Assembly: GCF_001194135.2 (NCBI RefSeq) | Contig: NC_068981.1 | Span: forward strand, 26,215,391 to 26,273,242 | DNA length: 57,852 nucleotides | Source of the DNA: Octopus bimaculoides | Lineage: Eukaryota | Direction of reading: 5' to 3' | The notes under the pieces: model-generated | Databases searched by the model: none | What the model was told of the DNA's origin: nothing | Seen by the model: only the letters and a program-made list of their open reading frames with translations | Part shown: in pieces, positions 39,118-51,290 of the stretch | Layout of the letters: each line of letters begins with the position of its first letter | Position numbering within the stretch: the first letter of the stretch is position 1 | Translations under genes and position numbers: made by a program

Positions 39118-39304
39118 CTTATTTATTGACAGTCTCTTCATTTTTAAACTTAGTTTTTTTTAATGTCATTTGGTTTTCACTTGCCATTGTTACCATGGCT
39201 ACATTCGTTGACATAAAATTTTTATGGCAATTATATGTTTTAGGAAATTAATTTATGGATCAGACATAACAAGGACACATAATTTTATCAGAGTTGAATT
39301 TTCT
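39118..39304 (-). other. Candidate exon, 187 nt, possibly containing a start codon
   Basis: CATCTTTTCCCATATTTTAG acceptor and AAG|GTATGT donor. GCCATGG opens a 25-codon ORF that stops at the donor; a later ATG gives MKRLSINK in phase 0. Confidence 0.3.
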
Positions 39305-39377
39305 CTAAAATATGGGAAAAGATGCTTAAGTCAATGCAACCCTATATAAAGTAAAAGACATCGTAATATGCGCGTGT

Positions 39378-39597
39378 ATGTAGGTGGCAAGGTGGCAAAG
39401 ACGTTAGCACGCCGGGTGAAATGTTTAGCGGTATTTCGTCTGTCTTTACGTTTTGAGTTCAAATTCCGCCGAGGTCGACTTTGCTTTTCATCCTTTCAAG
39501 GTTGATAAATTAAATACTGGTTGCGTACTGGGGTTGATCTCATCAACTGGCCCCTCCACCAAAATTTCGGGCCTTGTACCTTGAGTAGAAAAGAATA
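39378..39597 (+). mobile_element. SINE family B, young full-length copy
   Basis: TGGCAAAGACGTTAGCACGCCGGG..GAGTTCAAATTCCGCCGAGGTCGACTTTGC..TACTGGGGTTGAT..GGGCCTTGTACC. Confidence 0.9.
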
Positions 39598-40690
39598 TGT
39601 ATGTGTGTTTGCGTGTGCGATCGCTTAGCTTAGTGTATTGCACTCAGGATCGTAAGATTTGGGTTTCAATTCCTGGAGTAGGCGACGCGTTGTGTTCTTC
39701 AGCAAAATATTTCATTTCACCTTGATCCAGTTCATTCAGCTCTCAAAAATTAACTAATCCAGCGACGAACAAGCATCCCGCCCAACGATGGTAGGATATT
39801 CGGAAAAACCACAGAATTCGGAAAAACCAGCTTTATGGGCCTATGATTCAGGGAGGATTTTTGATTCTTTATTTATGTGTACGTGTATATATATATGTGT
39901 GTGTGTATATATAAATATGTGTATATATATATATATCAAGAGAGAGAGAGAGAGAGAAATATATACATATATTTTGGGATACATACACACACATATATAT
40001 GTATACATACACAGACACATGCACATACACATACGTTCTGCGTAAGCTGATAACGCCTTTCTATAATATAAATGCCATCATTTTTTATTTCCCTTTATTA
40101 CCCTATAAATCTTACATATGTTCGTGACTTTACTGTTGATTTTGTTGTCTGAGTTATGAATTTTCTATTTAGACCATGCCTGAACAAATGTAGTTGCCGT
40201 TATGTTCGAAATAATGTTGATCACGACTAAGTTGCCTAAGATATTGCTGTTTTCTGTCATATATCTTGCTGTATGACATTTGAGAAAATAGTTCAAAGAA
40301 TGATTCTGATAATACAAAATCGCTGAGTAGTTATCATGGCAAATGAGATATATATGTGAGGTTCCTTTGAAACAATTGGGTATCGAAGCCGATTCATTGT
40401 AAGATGCTGTAACTAAATATCTTTTAAACCTCTTAAGCGTGCGCGCGCGTGTGTATGTGCGCATGCGTGTGTGTATGTAGTATGAGTAGATATCTTTTTC
40501 TTGCTCGAGCCATTGGACTACAGCCCAGCTAGACAACCGTCTTAAAGCTTTTAATCAAACACATCAACCCATGTACTTATTTTTTTTAAAGCCCTGTACG
40601 TACTTTATCTGTCTATTTTGCCGAAACGCTATGTTACAGTGGTCAAGTGGCAGTGGAAGACAAATACACAAACAAAAAACGCACACACGC

Positions 40691-40736
<46 letters not shown>

Positions 40737-43700
40737 CCTGCGACGGGTAAATTGACGCCATTATATAAGTTTAATTTTGCGCATGTTCATTGTTTGTTTT
40801 TGATTTTGTCAACTACACACTATACGTTTCTACTCTAGGAACAAGGGCCAAAATTTGGGGGCCAGTCTAGTAGATCGACCCCNNNNNNNNNNNNNNNNNN
40901 NNNNNNNNNNNNNNNNNNNNNNNNNNNNNNNNNNNNNNNNNNNNNNNNNNNNNNNNNNNNNNNNNNNNNNNNNNNNNNNNNNNNNNNNNNNNNNNNNNNN
41001 NNNNNNNNNNNNNNNNNNNNNNNNNNNNNNNNNNNNNNNNNNNNNNNNNNNNNNNNNNNNNNNNNNNNNNNNNNNNNNNNNNNNNNNNNNNNNNNNNNNN
41101 NNNNNNNNNNNNNNNNNNNNNNNNNNNNNNNNNNNNNNNNNNNNNNNNNNNNNNNNNNNNNNNNNNNNNNNNNNNNNNNNNNNNNNNNNNNNNNNNNNNN
41201 NNNNNNNNNNNNNNNNNNNNNNNNNNNNNNNNNNNNNNNNNNNNNNNNNNNNNNNNNNNNNNNNNNNNNNNNNNNNNNNNNNNNNNNNNNNNNNNNNNNN
41301 NNNNNNNNNNNNNNNNNNNNNNNNNNNNNNNNNNNNNNNNNNNNNNNNNNNNNNNNNNNNNNNNNNNNNNNNNNNNNNNNNNNNNNNNNNNNNNNNNNNN
41401 NNNNNNNNNNNNNNNNNNNNNNNNNNNNNNNNNNNNNNNNNNNNNNNNNNNNNNNNNNNNNNNNNNNNNNNNNNNNNNNNNNNNNNNNNNNNNNNNNNNN
41501 NNNNNNNNNNNNNNNNNNNNNNNNNNNNNNNNNNNNNNNNNNNNNNNNNNNNNNNNNNNNNNNNNNNNNNNNNNNNNNNNATATATATATAATAGATGAC
41601 TTTAAATTCAGAAAACGTTTAGAAGTAATAAAGGAAAGTTCAAATTAGAGGAGCTAACTACTCGGTGTTAAAAGAAACAATTATGTTCTTCCTGGAAATG
41701 GCTATGACTTGCTCTTCAGGAATAAGACAATTTATATCGAATGAAAATTCTGCGGAGGCATAACTAAAATAAATCAAAGAGAAGAATTTTAAAAATGCCT
41801 TTGAGGAATCTGTGACATTGGTCATATTCTCATTTTAAAACACTTCCGAGAATTGAGTTTGGTTGCTGTTTAAAATCAATAATTATTAATTAATTAAATG
41901 CTCTGACCATAAGCTAATATGTCAGTGTTTGTACAAAATCAAGGGCAGATTCTAAGGTTTTATGTGGAATAGAAGCGCTTAGTAGTTGTGTGCATAGATA
42001 CAATCTTGTTACCAGTTCAAGTACACTTGGAGGAATATTTGAACCCGTAGGAAGATAATTCACTGTGGTAGAAAATTTCTCGCAGCAGATAGAAAATATT
42101 TCTTGCTGTATACAGATATTGAAAATTTGGAGGTGATTTTAATAATAGTAAGTTTCGTGAGATATGATTTGTGTTCACATGTATATTGACGAATATAATT
42201 TTGCATCTACTTTTACAATCTTAAGTAATTTCTTGTTTTTCTTTTTGTTTTGTTGTTGGCGTGTCAGACACAAAACTTAGTAGTATTTCTTCCGCCTCAG
42301 ATCAAATTACGCCTGACATCCTTGACTTGTTCAATAAATACCAGTCACGTATTAGAGTAGATCGCGCTGAAACTACAGAAAAATTTTCTTAACTAGTTCC
42401 ACTCATACACACAGTATGTTATACGTGTGAGTAGAAAAACGAATGAAATTAATATATATATANNNNNNNNNNNNNNNNNNNNNNNNNNNNNNNNNNNNNN
42501 NNNNNNNNNNNNNNNNNNNNNNNNNNNNNNNNNNNNNNNNNNNNNNNNNNNNNNNNNNNNNNNNNNNNNNNNNNNNNNNNNNNNNNNNNNNNNNNNNNNN
42601 NNNNNNNNNNNNNNNNNNNNNNNNNNNNNNNNNNNNNNNNNNNNNNNNNNNNNNNNNNNNNNNNNNNNNNNNNNNNNNNNNNNNNNNNNNNNNNNNNNNN
42701 NNNNNNNNNNNNNNNNNNNNNNNNNNNNNNNNNNNNNNNNNNNNNNNNNNNNNNNNNNNNNNNNNNNNNNNNNNNNNNNNNNNNNNNNNNNNNNNNNNNN
42801 NNNNNNNNNNNNNNNNNNNNNNNNNNNNNNNNNNNNNNNNNNNNNNNNNNNNNNNNNNNNNNNNNNNNNNNNNNNNNNNNNNNNNNNNNNNNNNNNNNNN
42901 NNNNNNNNNNNNNNNNNNNNNNNNNNNNNNNNNNNNNNNNNNNNNNNNNNNNNNNNNNNNNNNNNNNNNNNNNNNNNNNNNNNNNNNNNNNNNNNNNNNN
43001 NNNNNNNNNNNNNNNNNNNNNNNNNNNNNNNNNNNNNNNNNNNNNNNNNNNNNNNNNNNNNNNNNNNNNNNNNNNNNNNNNNNNNNNNNNNNNNNNNNNN
43101 NNNNNNNNNNNNNNNNNNNNNNNNNNNNNNNNNNNNNNNNNNNNNNNNNNNNNNNNNNNNNNNNNNNNNNNNNNNNNNNNNNNNNNNNNNNNNNNNNNNN
43201 NNNNNNNNNNNNNNNNNNNNNNNNNNNNNNNNNNNNNNNNNNNNNNNNNNNNNNNNNNNNNNNNNNNNNNNNNNNNNNNNNNNNNNNNNNNNNNNNNNNN
43301 NNNNNNNNNNNNNNNNNTGTGTGCGCGCGTGCGTGTGTATTAATGACAGTCGACTCAGCTCCAGTTTGTTGGGCTCTTCTTATGCGACCATTAAACCAGA
43401 AACTCTGTTATGTATATCTCTCTGTTTCATATATATTTATATATGAGAAATTAGAGAGGTAATTAATGAATTATCATTCATTAATTAAAAATTGACAAAC
43501 ATTCCTTACAGCAGTTTCAATTAAAACAGCTGTAAGGGATTTATCAATAAATTCTGTAATTTCTCATCTTATTATTATGATATATATATACATAAATCAC
43601 GGTTTATATAGTTACCTTGCAGTTGAGTATTAGATATAATGTTCAATATTCTTTGAATAGGTAAATATGGTATCTCTGAATGAGGTTTCTAAACTTTCAT

Positions 43701-43759
43701 TGTGCTTATATATATATTCGCCATGATAGATCGATAATCACTACACGTTCTTTTTTTCT

Positions 43760-44091
43760 CTCCGTGTTTTCTTGTTTCTTTCTGAGTTTTTTCCTGTGGA
43801 AGAGCTTAGGCACGAAACGTTAAAGACTGTTTCACTTCCCGAGCGTTATACTTATACATCTGTTTGCTGTCTACACCACCTGTCTTCGTCTTTTGGGTTT
43901 TTTTGTGAATTCTCCCTGACCACAAGATTTATATTTATATTGTTTTTCTCCTCATTTCTTTCTGTGTTCCTTTCAGTTGAAGAGCGTAGCTCGAAACGTT
44001 AAAGACTTTCTCTATTCCCGAGCGTTAAACTAATACATCCATTTGTTGTTTACACCACCTGTCCTCGTCTGTTGTTTTTCGTAAATTCTCC
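43760..44091 (+). repeat. Tandem 180-nt unit, at least two copies, each with a minimal type I hammerhead-like motif
   Basis: Cores start at 43794 and 43974. Both bodies share GAAACGTTAAAGACT..TTCCCGAGCGTTA..CACCACCTGTC..AATTCTCC. The second copy runs into the N gap at 44092. Confidence 0.8.
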
Positions 44092-44368
44092 NNNNNNNNN
44101 NNNNNNNNNNNNNNNNNNNNNNNNNNNNNNNNNNNNNNNNNNNNNNNNNNNNNNNNNNNNNNNNNNNNNNNNNNNNNNNNNNNNNNNNNNNNNNNNNNNN
44201 NNNNNNNNNNNNNNNNNNNNNNNNNNNNNNNNNNNNNNNNNNNNNNNNNNNNNNNNNNNNNNNNNNNNNNNNNNNNNNNNNNNNNNNNNNNNNNNNNNNN
44301 NNNNNNNNNNNNNATATTTGTATGTATGTATGTATGTATGTATCTATGTATGTATGTATGTATATATG

Positions 44369-44761
44369 GCTGAAAAGTCCCTTGGCTATCAAGAAGTGAC
44401 GCTATAACTAAAATCTTGCATGCATTAACTTTTAAGTACATTGTTTCCTTCACGGTAAATTCATATCTCATTGTTCAAAGAGCACTTCAAAAGTAACTAC
44501 TACTGATTTACCTTGAAGATTTGGCATCGTTGTGTTATCAAGTACCTGCAGAAAAGTGGTTTAGCCTCCAAGGTCATTCATGTTGACATTGTTTCTTCAT
44601 TAGGGCATGATACGCCAGCTTTAACAACAGTGCAAAAATGGACAGCTAAATTTATGAGGTGAAGGGAGAATCTCGAAGATGACCCAACATCATGACATAA
44701 CTACTATCACCTCATAAGCTATTGACTGTAAATCAAATAGCCAATGCTGTAAGGATATCCC

Positions 44762-44837
<76 letters not shown>

Positions 44838-44890
44838 GAATATTCTGCACAATAAACTTGGCTTCACGGTAGGTGCCACGTCTTCTGACT
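44369..44890 (+). mobile_element. Mariner 5' fragment with an internal (GA)n expansion
   Basis: TIR remnant GCTGAAAAGTCCCTTGGCT (same family as the MITE at 49759). HTH peptides PKVIHVDIVSSLGHDTPALTTVQKW..NLEDDP and TVNQIANAVRISR..NILHNKLG; GTGCCACGTCTTCTGAC encodes VPRLLT. Confidence 0.8.
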
Positions 44891-45588
44891 CTGGAAGCAG
44901 AGCAAAACTTTCAGATAGGGACCGTCGGATTCCTACGCCAATAGTTAGAAAGGATCACAAAAGTACAGCTCCCCAAATTACTGAAGAGCTTAATGTCCAA
45001 CTCGAGAACCCAGTTTCCACAAAAATTGTTTGCAGGGAGCTGCACAAAGCCGGATTTAACGGGAGGGCTGCAATCAGAAAACCACTACTTTCAAAAACAA
45101 ACGTTGCAAAGTGTTTAGAGTGGAGTAAAAACCCACAGAATTGGTCCCTAGAGCAGTAGAAGAATGTTATTTTCTCAGGCAAGCCATCCTTTACCTTATG
45201 TTTAACCACAGGTCGAGTATACGTGTGGAGACAGCCAAAAGAAGCATTTGACCCAGACTGCCTTCTTCTAAGTGTTTAACATGGAGGAGGGTTAATGGTT
45301 TCCCTTCATGGTAGAATTAATAGTCAAGTCTATTGAAGCATTTTATCTGATCAAATTCATCCTCAGGCTGCAGAACTGTTTCCGGAGGGAAACGCACGAG
45401 GAACATTCTAGTAAAGTTATCTGGCCACCACAGTCCCCAGATCTCAATATTATTGAATATTTATGGTGCATTTTACAAAAAAAAAAAAATTAAGGAGTCG
45501 ATAACCTCCACCATTAACACTACAAGAACTGGAAAGTGTTTTAGCTGAAGAGTGGACTAAAATACGTTTGAAAACAATTCAAACTTTG

Positions 45589-45889
45589 AAGTAGTTGTAT
45601 GGTGTCAACTAATGTGACAGTCCCCTGAAGGGAATACTACTGCTGTTGGTGAGACCTAGGAAGCTGCACCGCTTCCTGTCGGCCTTGACACATTTCCTGT
45701 GTCGTTATGTTTACAAGGCGGAGACATGCACCTCCACCCAGCTAAGCCTGCATCCAGAGACATGTTTCTGATCTTTGCTCGTCATCAGTCTTCAGAGGAC
45801 TATCACATTAAGTTGACACCATACAACTACTTCATCGCATCACTACTGTATAAATCTCTCTGAGAGATTTAGAAATGTATTATTTCTAA
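45589..45889 (-). mobile_element. Penelope-like (pseudo-LTR) insertion with inverted arm and 13-bp TSD
   Basis: AATTCAAACTTTG at 45576-45588 and 45890-45902. Inverted arms of about 45 bp at 45587-45633 and 45786-45834. Contains a hammerhead core. Confidence 0.65.
45756..45791 (-). ncRNA. Minimal type I hammerhead ribozyme motif, stem II partly decayed
   Basis: AGA CTGATGA CGAGC AAA GATCA GAAA CATG TC TCT: intact core, palindromic helix III (ACATGT), GUC cleavage triplet, 3-bp stem I AGA/TCT. Confidence 0.65.
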
Positions 45890-46027
45890 AATTCAAACTT
45901 TGTACGAGTCTTTACCTCGTAGAATTCAAGTTGTAATTACTGCCAAAGATGATACTATCCCATTTTAAAATAAGGTGTTTCCATTATGTTGTCCAACACC
46001 TGTGTGTGTGTGTATATATATATATAA

Positions 46028-46219
46028 GCACAGGTGTGGCTAAGTAGACCCTGGAGTGGCTGTGTGGTAAGTGTGCTTACCAACCACATGGCTCCGGGTT
46101 CAGTCCCACTGCGTGGCACCTTGGGCAAATGTCTTCTACTATAGCCTCTGTCCGACCAAAGCCTTCTGAGTGGATTTGGTAGACGGAAACTGAAAGAAGC
46201 CCGTCATATATATATATAA

Positions 46220-46271
<52 letters not shown>

Positions 46272-46333
46272 ACCATCGCTTAACAACCGATGCTGGTGTG
46301 TTTATGTCCCCGTAACTTAGCGCTTCGACAAAA
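46028..46333 (+). mobile_element. SINE family A, 3' end lost in the gap
   Basis: GGAGTGGCTGTGTGGTAAG..GGGTTCAGTCCCACTGCGTGGCACC, then (TA)n(TG)n, then CATCGCTTAACAACCGATGCTGG. Confidence 0.9.
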
Positions 46334-46400
46334 NNNNNNNNNNNNNNNNNNNNNNNNNNNNNNNNNNNNNNNNNNNNNNNNNNNNNNNNNNNNNNNNNNN

Positions 46401-46439
<39 letters not shown>

Positions 46440-46954
46440 CGCACATATACTACGTATAAAACGCAACAGTATGTATAAACTATGTATATAGAGAGATATA
46501 CGTACATATACATGCAATGTAAGTTCGATGTCATAAATTGGTATGCAAATCAGCAGAATTAACTGTAGAGGTTAAAAGGATTTAAAGTCGAAGTCGGCTG
46601 TATTTGAACTACGACAAATCTAAATTCTGCAATTAATTTTGTCTACGTATTCTGTGGATACTGCCATTCCACTGACATATCCTATTGTACTATAATATCC
46701 TATTGTACTATAATATCCTATTGTAGCTAAGATATAATATAGAGCCTCCAATTTGGTACAGTAACGCGATATTTAAGTGTATTAAATGAATATGTGAACG
46801 TTATGCTTGGTTAAACTGTTGTACTTTAGGCGGGGAACAATCCTTCCTTCGTTTTTGTTTTTAGCTTTAAGTCAATCAATTATGGAATGCTGTTTAGCCA
46901 AACAGACATATGATCAAAGTCTATTCACGCAATACACACACACACACACACACA

Positions 46955-47032
<78 letters not shown>

Positions 47033-47142
47033 CTTTCTCTTTCTCTCCGTCTCATTCTGTGTTCTTTACTTTGTGTCAAGTATTGAACTTTCGTCTCTGA
47101 ACACATTCTTACTATATATTGCGGTTAGTAGTAGTGATGATA

Positions 47143-47982
47143 CACGACGTCTGATCAATAAGTATCTGGACTGTTGCCATAGTAACGAAGTTAAAGCACG
47201 CAGAGTGAAGCCGCTTGGCACAGATTGACCTTGAACGTTCTAGGTTGAGTTCCGCTGTTCACAACAGTGCTTCGAAGGAAGATGTGTAGCATGTGATCGT
47301 CGCATTGACCATGACAGAGAAAGTTGCCATGGTGGCGATACCTGCTCAGAGGCCTATGAAAAGGTGCAGGAAGTGTATGGAGAGGGGTTTATGAGCCGCA
47401 CATTAGTGTACGAATGATTCAGACGTTTCCAAGATAGTCAAAAATATGTCGATATTGAGGAACTTTTAGGAGAGCAACAACAAGCAGAACTTAGAAATCA
47501 TCACAGATGTGCGTGCAGCTGTGAGAGGAAATCGTCGAATCACCATCTGTGAGTTACCAGCGGATGTGCAGATTAGTTACAGTTCATTTCAGTCCATTAT
47601 GTGTGGGTATGATAACCCTGTCTGCCAAGTTTGTGCCAAAAAGACACACGGGGTTCAGTTGCACAAGATCTTGATTGTGTCGAAAACGATGAAAACGTTT
47701 TGAAAAATTTGCGTAGGTCACTGAGCAGGTGCCGCCAAGATTTTGGCAAAATTTGATGCAGATTCTCTGATCAACTTTCTCTGTCATGGTCAATGCAGCG
47801 ATCACACTTTACACACCTTCCTTCCATGCACTGCTATAAACAGCGGAAGTAAGCCAGAACGTTAAACTTAGTGCACATGCACATCATAGTTCAAGTTCAA
47901 TCTTTGCCAAGTGGCTTTACTCTGCGTGCTCTAGCTTCGTTTCTATGGCAACATTCTGGATATTTATTGATCAGAACTCGTA
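47143..47982. mobile_element. Mariner derivative with two 5' ends (long inverted repeat)
   Basis: Both arms carry the TIR, leader and ATGACAGAGAAAGTTG start. The right arm reads MTEKVDQRICIKFCQNLG on the minus strand. The centre holds the plus-strand HTH and KFVPK linker and stops before the first catalytic D. Confidence 0.85.
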
Positions 47983-48074
47983 TATATATTACTTTCAAAA
48001 GTGTTATGTAAAAACACTTTGTAAAAATTATTTTCTCTTCAGGACATCGGAGATTTATAATTGACATAAATATA

Positions 48075-50330
48075 GCGGTGTATGTTGTGAGCCGGCAGAT
48101 CTGTTAGAGGGCGTCGGAAAAATGCGTCGCAATGTTTGTTCTGGCTTGTCACATACAAATCACGATTTCAAATACTGTTAAAGTCAACCTAACCTTCATC
48201 TTCTTGGGTTGGTTAAAATATAATACCAATCAAGTACTGGGTTCAAAGTCGGACAAAAATGATGCGGAGTGTTCCTTTCCACTCTGTACGTTCGGAGTTC
48301 AAATTACGCCAATGTCAAGTCTGTCTTTAATTTTTTCCAAGCTCGATAAAATATAGTTAGAGTCGATGTAATCGATTAACCTGCCTTCCCTATGTTTGCC
48401 GGGTTTGTGCTGAAATTAGAGCGAATTATTATTGAAAGAGTAGTGAAGGCGTTTAGCTGGCAAAATTGATAGAGCAAGGGAAAAGGACCCGTATTATTTG
48501 TTCCTGTTCTTCAAGACTGAGTTCAAATCCGAATGAGGTCAAATTTTCCCTCCGATAAAGTAAAATACTTGGATCAATGATAACGGCTAGCAACCGCCCA
48601 TCAAAATTGCCTGAATCAGAGATGAATATCAATATGATGGTGGAGGGCAGCAAGCTGGCAGAATCGTTAGCACACCAGAGAAAATGCTTAGCAGCTAGCA
48701 CGCCAGGGAAAATACTTAACGTTCTGAGTTCAAATTCCGCCGAGGTCGACTTTTCCTTCCCATCTTTTTGAGGCCGATAAAATAAGTAACACCTAAGTAA
48801 CCTCATCCACCGAACTTATTGGCCGAGTGTGTAAATTTAAAACCAATATTAATATGATGGTAATTGGCAGAATTTCCAGTGTCGGACACAATATGGTATT
48901 TGGTCCGGCTGTGTATGCTGAGTTCAAATCACATCAAGTTTAACTTCACCTTCAATCCCAGATGAGTCAATAAAATGATGAACTAGCCCAGTTTTTTGAC
49001 GACATCTCAGTATTTTGACCTTATCACAGACCCGTGTGCCTGTTTTTGCAACTTTTTAATGGGTAGCAGTAAACTGAGAGAAGCATTAGGGTTTTCGATA
49101 AATTACTTGGCTATATTTACTTATACCTTTTCAGTTCTAAGTTCAAATCTCGCTTTAATGAGCTTCACTTTTCCTCCTTTCGGAGTCGCTGTTCGTGACT
49201 ACAACCCCATTCTAAATTGGAAGATGTGTGCCTGCAATAACATCAATACTGTTAGAAATTAATGTTGTTATTAGACATGATGTTGGATAGGCAGAATTGT
49301 CAGAGCGTCGGACACAATGATTTCCGTTATTCAAATATCATTTTTTATATGTGAACTCAAATAGAACAGCGGTCAGCTTTGTTTTTCATTCTTCTGGTTT
49401 GACAAATATAGATCGAGCTAAATATATGGGTCAATCTAAGTGACTAAACCCCTCTTCCAAAATGTTAACCTTTATGCTTCTTTAAGAAACATGCATCATA
49501 CATGGCGATAAAGCGGCGATTTGCCAGAAACGACAATGGCATTTCGTCTGTCTTTACGTTCTGAGTTCAAATTCCGCTTAGTTCTATTTTGCCTTTCATC
49601 ATTTCAGGGTCGAAGAAATAAGTTCCAGTCATGTACTTCGGTCATTGTAATCGACTAGGATCCTCCCCAAAATTTCACACCTTGTGCCTATATTAGTATA
49701 CCATAGACTTGCCTCCACTCACACATTTCAGGCCATGTGTCTGTTATAGAAAGGTTTATGCGAAGGAGTGCTGAAAAGTTCCTGGCTTTGGGTAAAAGAA
49801 CATTCAGGAAGATCAGTTAATTATGATTTTATTCAATATATTCCACTTCTCAGATACACACACTTATTGCAGCGGTTCTTCGATTTTTCTGAGCCCTGAA
49901 AAAACAATTCGGATGGTTGGGACTCTAATCAGGCCTTTCGCGATACCCTTAAAGCCAGAAACTTTTCAGCAGCCCCTCGTATATGGCGGTGGAGGAGTTG
50001 AGCAGCCGATAAAATAACTGTGAGGTCAACTTCGTCTTTCATATTTGTTGGGTTAAGGAAATTATAGCAATCCTGTTAAATTTAATGAACTACAATTTCT
50101 CCCAAATTTAAGTCCAGTCTATGTCAAAGACATTAGTGGGCAATATTCCATACGTATTTAGATTCGAATATCTAGGTCCTGATTTCAAATCTCACCATCG
50201 TCAAATTTACAGTTCTTCCTTCACGGGTCAATAGAACAAGAAATCCTAGAGTCTTCTAAATAATCGATTAAAACCATTCTCCCAATATATGCAGTTTCTG
50301 TCTCAGTTTGAAATCAATATTTTAAAATTT
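48075..50330 (+). repeat. Head-to-tail array of about ten SINE family B copies with differing decay
   Basis: B-box and core motifs ((G/T)TTCAAAT..TT(C/T)(A/C)TC..ATAAA) recur about every 200 bp from 48075 to 49700, with two more after the MITE. Confidence 0.7.
49759..49981. mobile_element. Mariner-type MITE
   Basis: TIRs TGCGAAGGAGTGCTGAAAAGTTCCTGGCTTT and AAAGCCAGAAACTTTTCAGCAGCCCCTCGTA. Confidence 0.9.
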
Positions 50331-50597
50331 TATTCCACATAATTTTTTACAAGTCTTAGTAGTTAACATTTTCATCATTTTTTTCTGTCAATAATCAAGA
50401 TAAAAACATTTAAGCCATTCTCTTCATTACTTTATTTTGGCTTTTACGATAAAGCATTACTTCATAAACCCTCATTTAAACGTATCTGCTGTATCGTGTT
50501 ATAACAGATAACATCGATTCGTTTTTATTTCTATCACCTTTGTTTTGTTTTGTTTTCTTCCTGTAGTTTGTGTATTTGTGAGCAAATGTCTAGTCTT

Positions 50598-50635
<38 letters not shown>

Positions 50636-51099
50636 AAACATATGCGCATACATATACATATAGGTGTATCGGCAGAACAGAAAAATATAGACTATAGAAG
50701 CTAAGAAATGGAGTAATATTATCTATACATCTAACTATAGACACACATGTTTGTATGTGCGAGTGTGTGGGTGTAATCAATATGTACACTCCTGTAAAAT
50801 CTTAGTTGCTATCGAAAGAAATGAATAATGTGTTCTCTGGTTCGGGTTTCGTGCTATGTATCTAGAATTTGCTCAATGACTGCAATGCCTGCTTGGCGCT
50901 TTATTCACGTTACATATAAACTATATAAATATTTATCTGCTTTAAAATTGAGCTTTTCGTTCACCGCAAGCATTTCATCAAGTTAACAACTAATTAGATA
51001 CAACACTACTTAACCTATTTGTAGTAATATTCAACTAAACTAAGTATCAAGTCTTCGTTACATATGTAATCATACGAATGCGTTATAATAAATAAACGC

Positions 51100-51290
51100 A
51101 AAGCGTTGATCTGGCAGAATCGTTTGAACCGGAAAATAATTTACGCTATTCATTCCGGCTCTTTACGTTCTCAGGCCAGCTTTGTTTTCCGTCCCTTTAG
51201 TGTCAATAAAATAAAGTACAATTCAGTAGTGAGATGTATGGTATCGGCTGTTTTCCCGCAAAAATTTTCTGATTAATCCTTAAATCTGAA
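51100..51290 (+). mobile_element. SINE family B, decayed
   Basis: CTGGCAGAATCGTT..TCTTTACGTTCT..AATAAAATAAAGTAC. Confidence 0.65.

Larger units (their letters stand above)
44891..46002 (+). mobile_element. Tc1 element lacking its 5' end, interrupted by a 301-bp insertion
   Basis: KLSDRDRR..RELHKAGFNGRAAIRKPLLSK, GRVYVWRQPKEAF..HGGG and WPPQSPDLNIIEYLW; right TIR AGGTGTTTCCATTATGTTGTCCAACACCTG. First D mutated and the second D region deleted. Confidence 0.9.

Noticed and set aside
46677-46728. 18-bp tandem repeat ATATCCTATTGTACTATA, nearly three copies
   Set aside because: Ordinary local slippage with no further structure.
48075-49700. Periodic array that might suggest CRISPR
   Set aside because: Units are diverged SINEs of about 200 bp with no identical short repeats, unique spacers or cas genes.
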